A stretch of 64,000 nucleotides of DNA from a virus (lineage: Duplodnaviria; Caudoviricetes): IMG/VR virus record IMGVR_UViG_641509421_000001, positions 6,580 through 70,579 of that record; one strand, written 5' to 3'. The translations under genes and the position numbers were made by a program. Each line of letters begins with the position of its first letter. Positions within the stretch are counted from its first letter, which is position 1. Below the pieces are notes generated by a model. That model saw nothing but the letters and a program-made list of their open reading frames with translations, searched no databases and was not told the origin of the DNA. Of this stretch, positions 8,984-19,291 are shown piece by piece.

Positions 8984-10617
8984 TCGGAACCATTAGAAAG
9001 GGAGAGGCTCTAGAGCTTAAGAGCGCAGAGCCAGAAACTCCAGACCACTACGCGCAGCTCCTTCTCAAGGAGATTGAGGGGAGAAAGGAAGACCTCAGGT
9101 ATCTTCAGGGCTACTTAGAAGGTGCTCCATTTAGCGCTGGCTTCGCAGAAGAGCAGGACATGAACCGAAATGTCCTTGACGACCTTAAAGACCTCTCCAG
9201 GATGAACCTGGCTTCGGTTATCGTCTCAGCTACGACCGACCGCCTAGGACCGGATGGGTTTAGGACCGGAGTGGATTCCGACGAGACCGGAGACCGCGAG
9301 GCAATGGAGGCGTTCACTAGGGACGAAATGAATATCAAGGCCACATATGGAATGCAGCTTGCGTGTTCTTATCGCTCTAGCTACCTCGTCGTGGACCCGC
9401 TCAGCAAGAGGCAGAATATTATCCCTCCAACTAACGCAGCAGTCATCAATGACCTGTTCGGAGAGCCTGTTGCTGCGCTTACTCTTCAACGAGACAGGTA
9501 TCTCAACCGAGAGATCCTCAAACTCTATGTCCGCGAACAGGACTCGGAGACCGGGGAAGCTACCGGACAGTTCTCGCTATTCCTGGCATCTAGGGAGATG
9601 GGTAAGGACGACCCGACCAAGGGAATGTATCGTGGAGCTAGACGAAGCCAGAGGGCTAGGTCTTACTCTCCCGACATTACCGTCACCAACTACGACACCG
9701 AAGTCCCTCTCAACGACAGGCTCAAGACTGGCTGGGTATGGTGGAAGGCGGTGCCAAGGAAGTTTGAGCGGATTCCAGTAACCCCTCTAGTTAATAAGGA
9801 CGGTAAGGCAGAGTTTGAGGATCACGTTGACGGCATCGACCGCGTACACTACGGCATCTTCCAGAGGAACCTCATTGTCACCATGCAGGCTCTCCGCCAA
9901 AGAGCAGTAGAAACCGCAGAAGACAGGCCTTTGCCGAGAACTGACGAAGCAGGAAATCCGATTAACTACTCAGACCAGTTCTCAGCGGAACCAGGTGCTG
10001 TGTGGGTAATGCCTCCAGGAGCAAAGCTCTGGGAGTCTCAGAGCATGGACATCTCCTCGCTTCACCAGGCGACAAGAGACGATATTAAGGACCTCTTCTC
10101 TCAGTCCTATACCAACATGGCTTACCTTTCTGACAGCGTGAATCAGTCGGCTGCTGGAGCAAACAATCAGCAGGATGGTTACGTCTCGAAGATCCAGGAT
10201 CGCAGGCGTAGGTTCGAGTCACGTCTCGCTCGTCATATGTCCATCTATTTTGAGATGAACGGCGACCAAGAGCGTGCTGACGTATCAAAGATTCAGGTTA
10301 TTTGGCCTCCAATTAAGATTGAGTCCATTACCGACGCTACGGCTTCGTTCGCAGCCCTGAGAGCTCAGCAGTTCCCTCTCCGTGCAAGTATGCGAGAAGC
10401 GCTCAAGATGACTCCAGACGAGATCTCCCGCGTTGAGCAGGAGATGTACGAGGAGCGCATTAACAAGGCAGTGGAAGCTGCGATGAATGGCGCAACTCCG
10501 ATCGAGTCCAATCAGGCTCAATCAACTGGCAACCCCTCAGGAACATCCACGGGAGCCGGTGGCAACGGAGGCTCCGCCTCGGCAAGAGAGCAAGCTAACT
10601 CGAATAGGAAGGGGTAA
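8980..10617 (+). CDS. Portal protein
   Basis: Follows terminase; actinophage portal motifs (IPVTPLVN, QALRQRA, PGAVW..AKLWES). Confidence 0.9.
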   Translation: MIGTIRKGEALELKSAEPETPDHYAQLLLKEIEGRKEDLRYLQGYLEGAPFSAGFAEEQDMNRNVLDDLKDLSRMNLASVIVSATTDRLGPDGFRTGVDSDETGDREAMEAFTRDEMNIKATYGMQLACSYRSSYLVVDPLSKRQNIIPPTNAAVINDLFGEPVAALTLQRDRYLNREILKLYVREQDSETGEATGQFSLFLASREMGKDDPTKGMYRGARRSQRARSYSPDITVTNYDTEVPLNDRLKTGWVWWKAVPRKFERIPVTPLVNKDGKAEFEDHVDGIDRVHYGIFQRNLIVTMQALRQRAVETAEDRPLPRTDEAGNPINYSDQFSAEPGAVWVMPPGAKLWESQSMDISSLHQATRDDIKDLFSQSYTNMAYLSDSVNQSAAGANNQQDGYVSKIQDRRRRFESRLARHMSIYFEMNGDQERADVSKIQVIWPPIKIESITDATASFAALRAQQFPLRASMREALKMTPDEISRVEQEMYEERINKAVEAAMNGATPIESNQAQSTGNPSGTSTGAGGNGGSASAREQANSNRKG

Positions 10618-10620
10618 GGT

Positions 10621-11997
10621 ATGGCAGTGATGGCGCAAGCTCTTCCTCCAAGGAAGACAGCCTACGACTATCCCATTGTAGGTCCAGGACAGGAATTAAC
10701 TCCTCAGCAAGAGGAGCAGAAGATCGTCGCGAGAATTGCCGGCATCGTAGCAGCGACAGCCACCACAAAAGCGACTATCGAGGCTACTACCACAAATCAG
10801 CTCGTAGCTCTCTTAAGAGTCTCTGACCTCCTCACCGAGGCTGGAGTCAAGGCGTTCGCCAAGACCGCTGCGCTTATCGTTACAGCTGCGATTAGGCAGG
10901 CCAGGATCGCTTCCTGGTCGTCAACGTCGGCACGAGCTAAGGCTGCTGGAGCGACCCCTCCAACAAGTATGCCTACGGAAAATAACATCCCTAAGGAGCT
11001 CAGATACTCCAGAGGAACGGACATCGAGACGGCCTACGCACGAATTGCGGAGGAGTACCGACTCAATCTGGAGAGAACCGAAGACGATCCGATCATTAAG
11101 GATCTTGTCGAGCAATTCGAGAGGCAGGGGCTAACCCCCCTGCCGAGACCAGATAATCTTTCATCAGACGCAGTAAGGAGCTTAGATGGCGAAGAAGAAG
11201 AGTGGGAAAAAGCATTCCTCAGGGCAGAAAAGGCAAGCCAAGGTTCGAGCCGAAAAGACCCAATCGCAGAGATCTCAGCGAAGGACGCAGAACCGACTCA
11301 GGGAGCAGGAGGCACGCGAAGAGAGGAAGCGCAGTGGAATCAGCGGGATGTTGAAGTCCTTGCGGGGGACGACACCCCATCTCCAGACTCCAGCCTCACT
11401 AGACTGGAGTGGCCTAGCCAGCAGGCTCAGTCAGAAGTAGAGGAGCCAGAAACTCCTCGCCTAGCGTCCGCAGAGATCAGAGCGATCATAGAGAAGTACG
11501 CCGAGAAGAAGGCAGAAGAAAGAGCGGAACGAATGGTTAGCCAGGACGTTACCGCCACGATCCGCAATACTCAGCAGGCAGCTCTGAGGACAATGAACCA
11601 GAAGCAGATCAGAGGCTTCAGGCGAGTTGTCCACCCAGAGCTGGCAAAATCTGGTCATTCGTGTGGACTTTGCATTGTTGCTTCAACAATGGTATACTCG
11701 AAGAGAGATCTGATGCCTATCCATGCCGGGTGCAACTGCGGAATCGCAGAAATCTACGAGGTAAATGGTGACATCATTGATCCAGGGGATCAAATTAATA
11801 TGTCTGACCTTGAGGTCTTCTACCGCGAAGCCGGAGGCACCACTCACGGATGGAGCCTTAAGAGGCAAAGATACGAGATCCAAGACAATCCAGAATACGG
11901 ACCAACATTGGTAAACATAAGCAATAAGAAGCTCGACGGAACAGCCGAGCCTGTGCGATTCACAGATGGAGGAGACTCAAATGGCAGGAATGGATAG
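10621..11997 (+). CDS. Capsid maturation / MuF-like minor head protein
   Basis: GFRRVVHPE..SCGLCIVAS..LMPIHAGCNC; position after portal. Confidence 0.8.
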   Translation: MAVMAQALPPRKTAYDYPIVGPGQELTPQQEEQKIVARIAGIVAATATTKATIEATTTNQLVALLRVSDLLTEAGVKAFAKTAALIVTAAIRQARIASWSSTSARAKAAGATPPTSMPTENNIPKELRYSRGTDIETAYARIAEEYRLNLERTEDDPIIKDLVEQFERQGLTPLPRPDNLSSDAVRSLDGEEEEWEKAFLRAEKASQGSSRKDPIAEISAKDAEPTQGAGGTRREEAQWNQRDVEVLAGDDTPSPDSSLTRLEWPSQQAQSEVEEPETPRLASAEIRAIIEKYAEKKAEERAERMVSQDVTATIRNTQQAALRTMNQKQIRGFRRVVHPELAKSGHSCGLCIVASTMVYSKRDLMPIHAGCNCGIAEIYEVNGDIIDPGDQINMSDLEVFYREAGGTTHGWSLKRQRYEIQDNPEYGPTLVNISNKKLDGTAEPVRFTDGGDSNGRNG

Positions 11998-12496
11998 GGT
12001 AAAGCTCTTAGGAGATTTATTTGCAATTCTCTCTGAGGGTACAGAACCCAAGGAGCAGGAAAAAGAGAAGGAAAACGTCACTTCCGCAAAGGAAGGAGTC
12101 ACCAAGGATGAAATTAACGAGATTCTGAAGGAAATCCAGGAGGCTAAGGCAGAAAGCAAGAGCTCAGAGGGTCAAGACGACACCCCAAAGAAGGTCGAAG
12201 AAGACGATGTGGTAGACTATAAGGGCAAGTTCGAGGAATACCAGAACGAGCTGGTAACTACCAAGATCGAATCTGGCTTCAGAGCTCACGGCGTTGAGGT
12301 CCCAGATTTCAACGACTTCCGAGAATTTCTCGACCTCAGCAAGCTCAAAGACTCTGAGGGAAATCTCTCTCAAGAGGAGATTGATAAATTCGTAGGTCTG
12401 ATCGTAGGAGTAGCTACGAAGACCCCACCAACTGCGCCTAAGAAGCGGGACATCACAAAGCAGGGAATGTCTCGCTACCTAGAAGACGCAAACTAA
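11981..12496 (+). CDS. Scaffolding protein (putative)
   Basis: Charged, EFLDLSKL..EEIDKFV; position; SD GGAGGAG. Confidence 0.7.
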   Translation: MAGMDRVKLLGDLFAILSEGTEPKEQEKEKENVTSAKEGVTKDEINEILKEIQEAKAESKSSEGQDDTPKKVEEDDVVDYKGKFEEYQNELVTTKIESGFRAHGVEVPDFNDFREFLDLSKLKDSEGNLSQEEIDKFVGLIVGVATKTPPTAPKKRDITKQGMSRYLEDAN

Positions 12497-12511
12497 GAGA
12501 AAAGAGAGAGC

Positions 12512-12946
12512 ATGGTTTACTCCCCAAATCAGCCATCCAGACTTTCCGACTGGAGGGACATCGAGGACAAGAAGTGGCACAAGAACATGGCAGGCAAGGC
12601 TGCATCCGCAGAAAACCTGACCCTGATGATTGATGATGTCGCTAAGGCCGAAGGTCCTCACCGAGTCGGCAGGTACTTGCGCGATGGCATTCCAATTTAC
12701 CGAGACGAAAATGGCCTCGGCTATGTCTTCAATGAAGACGCAAAGAAAGCAGGAGCTAAGATTGCTGGCTTCCTGTCCTCCACCCTAGCAATTGCCGATC
12801 AGGAAGGTAACTTCTTCGATCAGGTCTCCCACTTGGGTATCTACACTGCCGGTTACATCTACTCAGACTGGCTCCCAGTAGAGGTTGCTCTGGAAGACAT
12901 CCCGGCTACTTTCAGCGCACAGCCACACTACAACCGCAAGGCGTAA
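12512..12946 (+). CDS. Head decoration protein (putative)
   Basis: GRYLRDGIP..AGFL; directly before major capsid. Confidence 0.65.
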   Translation: MVYSPNQPSRLSDWRDIEDKKWHKNMAGKAASAENLTLMIDDVAKAEGPHRVGRYLRDGIPIYRDENGLGYVFNEDAKKAGAKIAGFLSSTLAIADQEGNFFDQVSHLGIYTAGYIYSDWLPVEVALEDIPATFSAQPHYNRKA

Positions 12947-12955
12947 GGAGAATAA

Positions 12956-14041
12956 ATGAAGAACACAGTATCTAGAGACTTCCTCACCCCAGAAAAGGCT
13001 CTTGAGATCGCTCGCCGTGAGGTGGCAGACTTCGAGTTTAACTCTGAGGAGTCCCTCGCAGGCTACCTCCCATCACTTGAGGTCGCAGACATCGAGTATG
13101 AGATCAGCGAGACCACTAAGGACGACGGCGTTATTGCCGATTGGCGTTCCTTCAACGGTCAGGCAACCACCGATAAGCTTGGCTTCGGTGGCAAGCTTCG
13201 TGGTGGCCTCCAGCCTCTTGCTCGTAACTACACTGTAGACGAATACCAGAAGCTCAAGGCACGTCGAGATTCTCAGGATCTCCTCCACACCGCTACGGCG
13301 GACCTCGTATCCCGAGGCGCACGCGCTATTGCTCGTGCTGTTAACGTACAGCGTGCAAACGCAATGGCAAACGCTCGTGTTGAGCTCTACGGCCCAGGTG
13401 GCCTTGCAGAGCGCGTTGAGTTTGGCCGTCGTCCTGAGTTCAACACCACAGCTCCTAAGCTGTGGACCGACCCAGCAGCGGACCCAATCGAGTTCCTCGC
13501 CACCATCTGTGACGAGTACGAAGAGGAGAATGGTTTCCGACCTAAGGAAATCAGGATGCCTAACAAGATTAAGCGTCTCCTCTTCTCTCACCCTACCGTG
13601 GTTGACGAGATTAACGGCGAAGGTAGCACCGCTAATCGCCGTCGCATCCAGGCAACTGAGGTTCGTGCTCTTCTTGATGAATGGGACATCCCAGAGATCA
13701 AGCAGACCACCACTGCGACCTACAAATTCAATGACTACTCCGATAAGGGTGCGGAAAAGACCGCGTACTTGTTCCCTCAGGACTCCGTCCTGCTTACCGC
13801 AGGTGAAGGCGATCCTGGCGATCCTATGGCTAACCCATACGGTCGTACCTTCTGGGGCGAGACGGTATCCGCTGAGATCGAAGAGTTCGCGGCTGCAACC
13901 GCAGAGTTCGGTGTCCCTGGCATCGTCGCTGGCGTTCAGAAGCAGATCTCCTGGCCTTACAACCTGGAAGTCATCGTTGACGCGCTGGCAATGCCAGTCG
14001 TTATCAGCCCTAACTACACCCTCAAGGCAAAGGTGATTTAA
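12956..14041 (+). CDS. Major capsid protein
   Basis: 361 aa, WTDPAADPI, YGRTFWG, DALAMPV; strongly biased codons. Confidence 0.9.
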   Translation: MKNTVSRDFLTPEKALEIARREVADFEFNSEESLAGYLPSLEVADIEYEISETTKDDGVIADWRSFNGQATTDKLGFGGKLRGGLQPLARNYTVDEYQKLKARRDSQDLLHTATADLVSRGARAIARAVNVQRANAMANARVELYGPGGLAERVEFGRRPEFNTTAPKLWTDPAADPIEFLATICDEYEEENGFRPKEIRMPNKIKRLLFSHPTVVDEINGEGSTANRRRIQATEVRALLDEWDIPEIKQTTTATYKFNDYSDKGAEKTAYLFPQDSVLLTAGEGDPGDPMANPYGRTFWGETVSAEIEEFAAATAEFGVPGIVAGVQKQISWPYNLEVIVDALAMPVVISPNYTLKAKVI

Positions 14042-14042
14042 T

Positions 14043-14405
14043 ATGGCTAGGAAGCTAACGCAGAACGTGTTTCTTCCTAATCCCGACAGCACAATGGGTC
14101 CGCTCGTATCTTTCCTCGCAGGAGAAGAGTTACCAGAGTGGGCCCAGGAGCTCGTAGGAGATCACGTCTACGAGAAGCCAAAGGAGAAGGCGGAAACTAG
14201 GAAGGGAAAGATCCCTAACGTACCTAAGAAGGAAGAAGAGCCTGCTGAGTTCGAGGTGCCACTAGCTAAGGCATCACTGCCTGCATGGAAGTCTTTCGCA
14301 AAGAAGGCGTACAAGCTGGAAGGGTTCCCTCAGAACATCACCAGAGAAGAAGTAATCGCTGAGATCTTGCGAGTCGATCCTTCCCTGGAGATCAGGGAGG
14401 CTTAA
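14043..14405 (+). CDS. Hypothetical virion-associated protein
   Basis: GEELPEWAQELVGDHV motif typical of post-capsid actinophage genes. Confidence 0.8.
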   Translation: MARKLTQNVFLPNPDSTMGPLVSFLAGEELPEWAQELVGDHVYEKPKEKAETRKGKIPNVPKKEEEPAEFEVPLAKASLPAWKSFAKKAYKLEGFPQNITREEVIAEILRVDPSLEIREA

Positions 14406-14858
14406 ATGCCGTTTGCATACGCAACGCCGGAAGAGGTCATCCCTCTTCTTAAAAATGGCAAACTGACCGGGTGGAGAAAAGACGCTCTGGAGACCAATCT
14501 AGAGCACATCTCCACCCGCCTGTCGGCCTGGTATCCAGGCCTCAAGAAAAGATGGATCGACGCTGACGAAGAGAGCGATCTCAAGGGCTTAGTCAGAGTC
14601 ATGGTTATTGGTGCAGCTGTAAAGGTCACTAATAACTCTCAGGGAGTGAGCAGTGAGACCATCGGGCCTTACGCATACTCCAAATTCGACTCTGAGGACC
14701 CCGCCAAGGGACTTTTCGACAAGAATGACATCTTGGCCCTAGAAAGGCTTTTAGACGCGGAGAAGCGCCTTCCCGTGGGGTCTTTCGTCCCCGGAGGCAG
14801 GGTTGGTCCGTTCAGGCCTAACCCATACGCTTATGTTCCGCTGAGAGGCTGGCTCTAA
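14406..14858 (+). CDS. Head-to-tail adaptor
   Basis: YATPEEV, SETIGPYAYS. Confidence 0.8.
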   Translation: MPFAYATPEEVIPLLKNGKLTGWRKDALETNLEHISTRLSAWYPGLKKRWIDADEESDLKGLVRVMVIGAAVKVTNNSQGVSSETIGPYAYSKFDSEDPAKGLFDKNDILALERLLDAEKRLPVGSFVPGGRVGPFRPNPYAYVPLRGWL

Positions 14859-15274
14859 TGTTATCTGATTACTATTACGACATTAACGTGTACCGGAAGG
14901 CAGGAGGACCTAAAAAGTCAACCTGGGGAGACTCTGAAGGCGGACCATCTCCCGTCCCAGAGATCCCTTTCCTAGTAGGTTACAAGTACTCACACACTAT
15001 CCAGGGGCTAAGCACCCCGAGAGCCAGCGACGAGTGGATGTCGTCTAGGCCATACGCACGAACAGACATGGATGAAAAGTCCATGTACTGCGACGTAGAA
15101 GAGGACATCAGATCTGGAGACGTAGTGGTGTACACCGGAGAGTCAGGGAAGATCGAGGTCTACCGAGTCCAGGGTGAAACCTACCAGGATTACATGTCCC
15201 CGTTCACTCACTTCGACGGAGGCAAAGAGGTGTACCTCCAGCGCTTCACGAAGAAGGAGGTCTCTAATGGCTAA
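14858..15274 (+). CDS. Head-to-tail stopper
   Basis: DIRSGDVV..YRVQGE..SPF; position. Confidence 0.7.
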   Translation: MLSDYYYDINVYRKAGGPKKSTWGDSEGGPSPVPEIPFLVGYKYSHTIQGLSTPRASDEWMSSRPYARTDMDEKSMYCDVEEDIRSGDVVVYTGESGKIEVYRVQGETYQDYMSPFTHFDGGKEVYLQRFTKKEVSNG

Positions 15275-15737
15275 CGGAAAGTACCCAATCGTCCCCTACT
15301 GGGACATTACAAAACGGAACGACTGGAGAAATAAGGAAAGCCTCAAGAAGAACGGGATCACCTATCTCTCCAATGTCCATAACTTCGACTACATCCTGGA
15401 GCGATCCCCTCGGCTTAAGAGGTACATGCTCTCCAGAGCGCTGAAGATCAGGTCGAATATCATCTCTCAAATTCCAGCTAGTAAGGACTCTAGATCGGAC
15501 GGGAGGCAGGACGCTAAGAACTCAGTCGGTATCCGACAAGAGACCCCTGGTGGCTGGCACAAGAACCGCGCGACGTATCTCATTACAGATGAAAGTCGCA
15601 GAGGAGCCGTTCGAGTCATCGACTACCTATCTCAATTCGACGGAGAAATCCGAGATAAGAGGAGAAAGGGAGATCGAGCAGGAGCTCCAACAAGGAAGAG
15701 AATTAGTGAGAAGGCAATTGACCATGCAGCGATATGA
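15267..15737 (+). CDS. Neck / tail completion protein (putative)
   Basis: SD AAGGAGG; basic; position. Confidence 0.6.
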   Translation: MANGKYPIVPYWDITKRNDWRNKESLKKNGITYLSNVHNFDYILERSPRLKRYMLSRALKIRSNIISQIPASKDSRSDGRQDAKNSVGIRQETPGGWHKNRATYLITDESRRGAVRVIDYLSQFDGEIRDKRRKGDRAGAPTRKRISEKAIDHAAI

Positions 15738-15755
15738 TAGAATGGAGGAGTCGAG

Positions 15756-16214
15756 ATGTATATAGGCGATTACGAAGAGCCAGACGTAGAGAAGATTGCT
15801 GCTAAAGCAATCCACCATCTCGTCAAAGATGGCGACACACAGATCGGAAGCCGACTGGTGGATGCTAATGACGAGTTTATGAGAGACTTCGTTGAATCTC
15901 AAGGTAGAGCTGCTGAAGAGGCGGACCTCGACTACGTTATGCTAAGGCGAAGAGCCGGATACATCGACAATGACTCCTTCACAGACTACTCAGGTCTGGA
16001 TGTGACTGTGTTCACGAAAAACCGCTCCAGGGGCCAAAAGCTCATGTCGGAGGTAACGAAGGCTCTTCTCAGAGCAGAGGACACTGAAATCCTCGGTTTT
16101 GAGATTGACTTCGTGGCGGTCCTTAACGGACCTACCGCTGACGAGGCGTACATCATGGACGACCACATTATCGAGAAGTCTTTTGAATTTCAAATCAGAG
16201 TCAAGTGGCTCTAA
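15756..16214 (+). CDS. Tail terminator
   Basis: PDVEK, LRRRAG..LDVTVF; precedes major tail protein. Confidence 0.7.
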   Translation: MYIGDYEEPDVEKIAAKAIHHLVKDGDTQIGSRLVDANDEFMRDFVESQGRAAEEADLDYVMLRRRAGYIDNDSFTDYSGLDVTVFTKNRSRGQKLMSEVTKALLRAEDTEILGFEIDFVAVLNGPTADEAYIMDDHIIEKSFEFQIRVKWL

Positions 16215-16233
16215 ATAATTAATAGGAGGTAAA

Positions 16234-16911
16234 ATGGCAGTTTTTGACGATCTAAATGAGGTCAAGGCCAATCTGATCCGCAAAGCTAAGGGTGGCTTCA
16301 TCCTTACCGCCTCTCTGGACGTAGACGTACCAGAGAAAATCATGGAAACTAAGACCGAGCTGGTGGACTTTAAGGCGCTTGGCTTCGAGGCTCTTGGCTG
16401 GCTTTCAAAGTCAGACGGAGTGACCTTCAACCGCGAGGTTGAGACCTCCGAGGTTGAGTCCTTCGGAGCTTCCGAGCCTACCCGCGTGGACATCACTTCT
16501 GACTCCACTTCCGCTGCATTCGTGTGCCAGGAGACCAACAAGGCAGTTCTGGAGCTGTTCCATAACCAGGATCTCTCCAATGTAAAGGCAGATGCTAACG
16601 GTGAGGTTGTGTTCGCGCAGGAGCGCACCCCAGATACCGTTTACCGTCGATTCATTCACATCGCTAAGGACGGCAATGGCGACAATGCGATTTACATCGC
16701 AAAGGTCATGCCACGCGGAACCATTATCGATCCTCAGGAGCAGGCATGGTCCAACGAGGACGAACTCAAGTACGGTATGTCCGTTTCCGCAACTTCCGAT
16801 CAGGAACTTGGCTTCGCTGTCAGGCACCACTTCGGTGGTCCAGGCTGGATTAAGCTGCTTAAGGCAATGGGATTTGACGACACCGCAGTCAACCCCCCAG
16901 CGGGAAAATAA
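16234..16911 (+). CDS. Major tail protein
   Basis: LGWLSKSDGVTF..VESFG..PTRVDI..FGGPGW. Confidence 0.9.
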   Translation: MAVFDDLNEVKANLIRKAKGGFILTASLDVDVPEKIMETKTELVDFKALGFEALGWLSKSDGVTFNREVETSEVESFGASEPTRVDITSDSTSAAFVCQETNKAVLELFHNQDLSNVKADANGEVVFAQERTPDTVYRRFIHIAKDGNGDNAIYIAKVMPRGTIIDPQEQAWSNEDELKYGMSVSATSDQELGFAVRHHFGGPGWIKLLKAMGFDDTAVNPPAGK

Positions 16912-16943
16912 TGGGGGGCACGTTGCCCCTTGAGCTGGGGTAG
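16902..16943 (+). other. Candidate -1 frameshift site extending the major tail protein
   Basis: G GGA AAA TAA then hairpin GGGGCA-CGT-TGCCCC; -1 frame gives IMGGTLPLELG*. Confidence 0.55.
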
Positions 16944-16977
16944 CGTAGCTCCCGACCAAGAAGATAGGACGGACTAA

Positions 16978-17199
16978 ATGGCGTATAAGAAGCTAAACAA
17001 GAAAGCTAATCAGGCTTTCACCGCCGAGGACCTAGCTCATATCGAGGAAGGTATCTCCGAGGCATCTAAGATTCAGGCTCCCGCCGAGGGCACCCCCGAG
17101 GAGCTAGGGAACGGGAGAGCGACGACAAGCAAGCTCTGGTCTGCAAAGACGATCTCGGACTTCGTGAAGGCCGAGGTTGCTAAGGCAACTGGGGCTTAA
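16978..17199 (+). CDS. Small tail-associated protein
   Basis: FTAEDLAHIEEGI motif seen in tail proteins. Confidence 0.75.
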   Translation: MAYKKLNKKANQAFTAEDLAHIEEGISEASKIQAPAEGTPEELGNGRATTSKLWSAKTISDFVKAEVAKATGA

Positions 17200-17207
17200 C
17201 CCGACGT

Positions 17208-17246
17208 AAAAGCGCGATACCTTCGGGTGTCGCGCTTTTGTCTTTT
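17208..17246 (+). terminator. Rho-independent terminator
   Basis: AAAAGCGCGATAC-hairpin-GTGTCGCGCTTTTGTCTTTT. Confidence 0.8.
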
Positions 17247-17259
17247 AGAAAGGAATATA

Positions 17260-18942
17260 ATGGCAGATTTAACCCCTCCCAATACGGGGAGCGAGGCTCT
17301 TAACGAATACTTAACGAGGCTCCAGCAGGTCGTAAACGCCCTAGATCTCAAGAAGATCCCTGAAGAGGGGTGGAGTCTGACCGATCTAAGGGCAGATGTG
17401 TCCGAGGTCATCTCTGATAAAAGAGATATTATCGACGTAGCTAATGAGGCAGCCAGCAAGCTGGCTGAAGTCAAGGCACTCGTTATGGACCTTGACGGAT
17501 ACGAGCAGTCTCTGGAGGGAGCTGAAGCCTTCAAGGTCGCAGCAGAGAGCCTCATTGATTGGTATGACCAGAACGAAGTTTCGATCAGAATCCTCCTAGG
17601 CATAGTAAACAAACCAGGTGGAACAGCGGAACTTATTGAGGCATTCGACACCATTAGAATTGGGGCAGCGCAGTCAGCTTCAGCAGCGAAGACTTCTGAG
17701 ACCAATGCAAAGACTTCAGCGACTAATGCTAAGACCTCAGAGACCACAGCGAAGACTTCAGCGACTAACGCGAAGGACTCAGAGACCGCAGCAGCCAGAT
17801 CTAAGACCGCAGCAGCGACTTCAGCGACTAATGCTAAGACCTCAGAGACTAACGCAGCTACTTCAGCAACTAACGCAGCCAACTCCGCTACGGCATCGGC
17901 CAACAGCGCGACGGATGCAGCCAACTCAGCTAACAGCATTACAGACGGCGCAGAGGTGGCGACATCCAAGGCAGCAGAAGCAGCAGCAGCAGCAGACCGA
18001 GCAGAGCAGGCTATGGCAGGCAAGGCAGATCTAATTGGAGGAAAGGTCCCTACAGCACAGCTACCGGAAATCTCCTTAACCAAGCCCTTCTCTGTCGCCT
18101 CGCGCACCGCGCTACTGGCACTCGATGTGCAAGAGGGTGACGTTGGCATTATCACAGCTGGTTCGGATAAAGGCTCCTACATCCTGGGGTCTGGCCCATC
18201 TAAGGTATTCTCCTCTTGGATTCCGCTGGCTGTCTCGGCCGACGCCCCAGTCCAGTCTGTCAATGGTCAGACAGGCACAGTGGTACTCAGTGCAGCTAAT
18301 GTTGGTGCTGCTCCGACTTCGCACACACACACCGCGTCTCAAATCTCAGGATTACCCTCTACAGATGGAGGCTACAACACTAGAGACGCAACAGACCCTG
18401 CCTCATCCTACCCTGCAGGTGTTGACGTCTCTCTAAATAACGTAAATAAAGGGTGGTCATCGGTCATCGGGGCAGCCTCCCTACCTAGCCTGGGTTCGTA
18501 CGTTGTGGTGACTACTGTTAGGCAAGGGTTCTATAATGAATCCACCTGGCAGTATCTGAGTTCCTGCACCCTACCTGGATCTTCCATTTATGTTCGGAAG
18601 TGGCAAAATGACGCATGGACTACGCTACGCAGACTTACTGATGATGGGCACACGCATACCAGTGCGCAGATCTCAGATGCAACTTCTCTGGTTACAGAAT
18701 CCACAGTGGTTAGGCGCGATTCAGCTGGTGATTTCTATGTCAAAACACCCACAGCATCTACGCACCCTGCCTCTAAGACCTACGTGGATTCAGGGCTGAC
18801 CAACACGTACACAGCCATGTATAAACGTCCAGCGCTATTCTCTGGTGCGGGAAACCCTCCGAGCTCGATTCCAGGTGCGGTTGTTGGAGACTACTGGCTC
18901 AACGAGACCACGATGCAACTACGGAAGATTACAGGAGTCTAG
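17260..18942 (+). CDS. Tail fibre / minor tail protein
   Basis: AKTSETN/AKTSATN heptad repeats, SVNGQTGTVVL, two HTH(T)xxQIS repeats, PGAVVGDYWLN. Confidence 0.85.
   Translation: MADLTPPNTGSEALNEYLTRLQQVVNALDLKKIPEEGWSLTDLRADVSEVISDKRDIIDVANEAASKLAEVKALVMDLDGYEQSLEGAEAFKVAAESLIDWYDQNEVSIRILLGIVNKPGGTAELIEAFDTIRIGAAQSASAAKTSETNAKTSATNAKTSETTAKTSATNAKDSETAAARSKTAAATSATNAKTSETNAATSATNAANSATASANSATDAANSANSITDGAEVATSKAAEAAAAADRAEQAMAGKADLIGGKVPTAQLPEISLTKPFSVASRTALLALDVQEGDVGIITAGSDKGSYILGSGPSKVFSSWIPLAVSADAPVQSVNGQTGTVVLSAANVGAAPTSHTHTASQISGLPSTDGGYNTRDATDPASSYPAGVDVSLNNVNKGWSSVIGAASLPSLGSYVVVTTVRQGFYNESTWQYLSSCTLPGSSIYVRKWQNDAWTTLRRLTDDGHTHTSAQISDATSLVTESTVVRRDSAGDFYVKTPTASTHPASKTYVDSGLTNTYTAMYKRPALFSGAGNPPSSIPGAVVGDYWLNETTMQLRKITGV
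17685..17870 (+). repeat. Coding 21-bp imperfect repeats (AKTSxTN)
   Basis: Recurrent AAGACTTCAGCGACTAA / AAGACCTCAGAGAC. Confidence 0.85.
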
Positions 18943-18944
18943 TT

Positions 18945-19283
18945 ATGGCAATTACTTCTCAGCTACTAGGAACGATCGGAGCGGGAGAGCTTAAAACCTC
19001 AGCCCTCTGGTTCTCCGATTTCCGCAGGTACTGTTCCGACATCAATAAGGACTGGACGGTTGAGCAGGGGGATTACCTTTTCACCTGGCAAGGGGTCACG
19101 AACAGGGTTGATGCAGTCTCCACGATCACATTCAACGGAGTGTCAACAAAAGTCTCTTCTCGAAGTGAGGCCCTTACCGCAGGGTGGGCCATTCTCAGAA
19201 ACGTCACAAATGTGGCAGCCAGAGGAACAGGAAGTCAAGGGTTCAACGAAGACCCCATAGTTCAATATGTAAAGATTGCGTAA
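18945..19283 (+). CDS. Tail-fibre-associated protein (paralog 1)
   Basis: MAITSQLLGTIGAGE..YLFTWQG. Confidence 0.8.
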   Translation: MAITSQLLGTIGAGELKTSALWFSDFRRYCSDINKDWTVEQGDYLFTWQGVTNRVDAVSTITFNGVSTKVSSRSEALTAGWAILRNVTNVAARGTGSQGFNEDPIVQYVKIA

Positions 19284-19291
19284 GGAGAGTA

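Noticed and set aside
13073-14092. 339-aa antisense ORF and 235-aa alternate-frame ORF over the capsid gene
   Set aside because: Expected shadows of strong codon bias
17196-18155. 319-aa antisense ORF
   Set aside because: Mirror of the Ala/Thr/Ser repeats of the fibre gene
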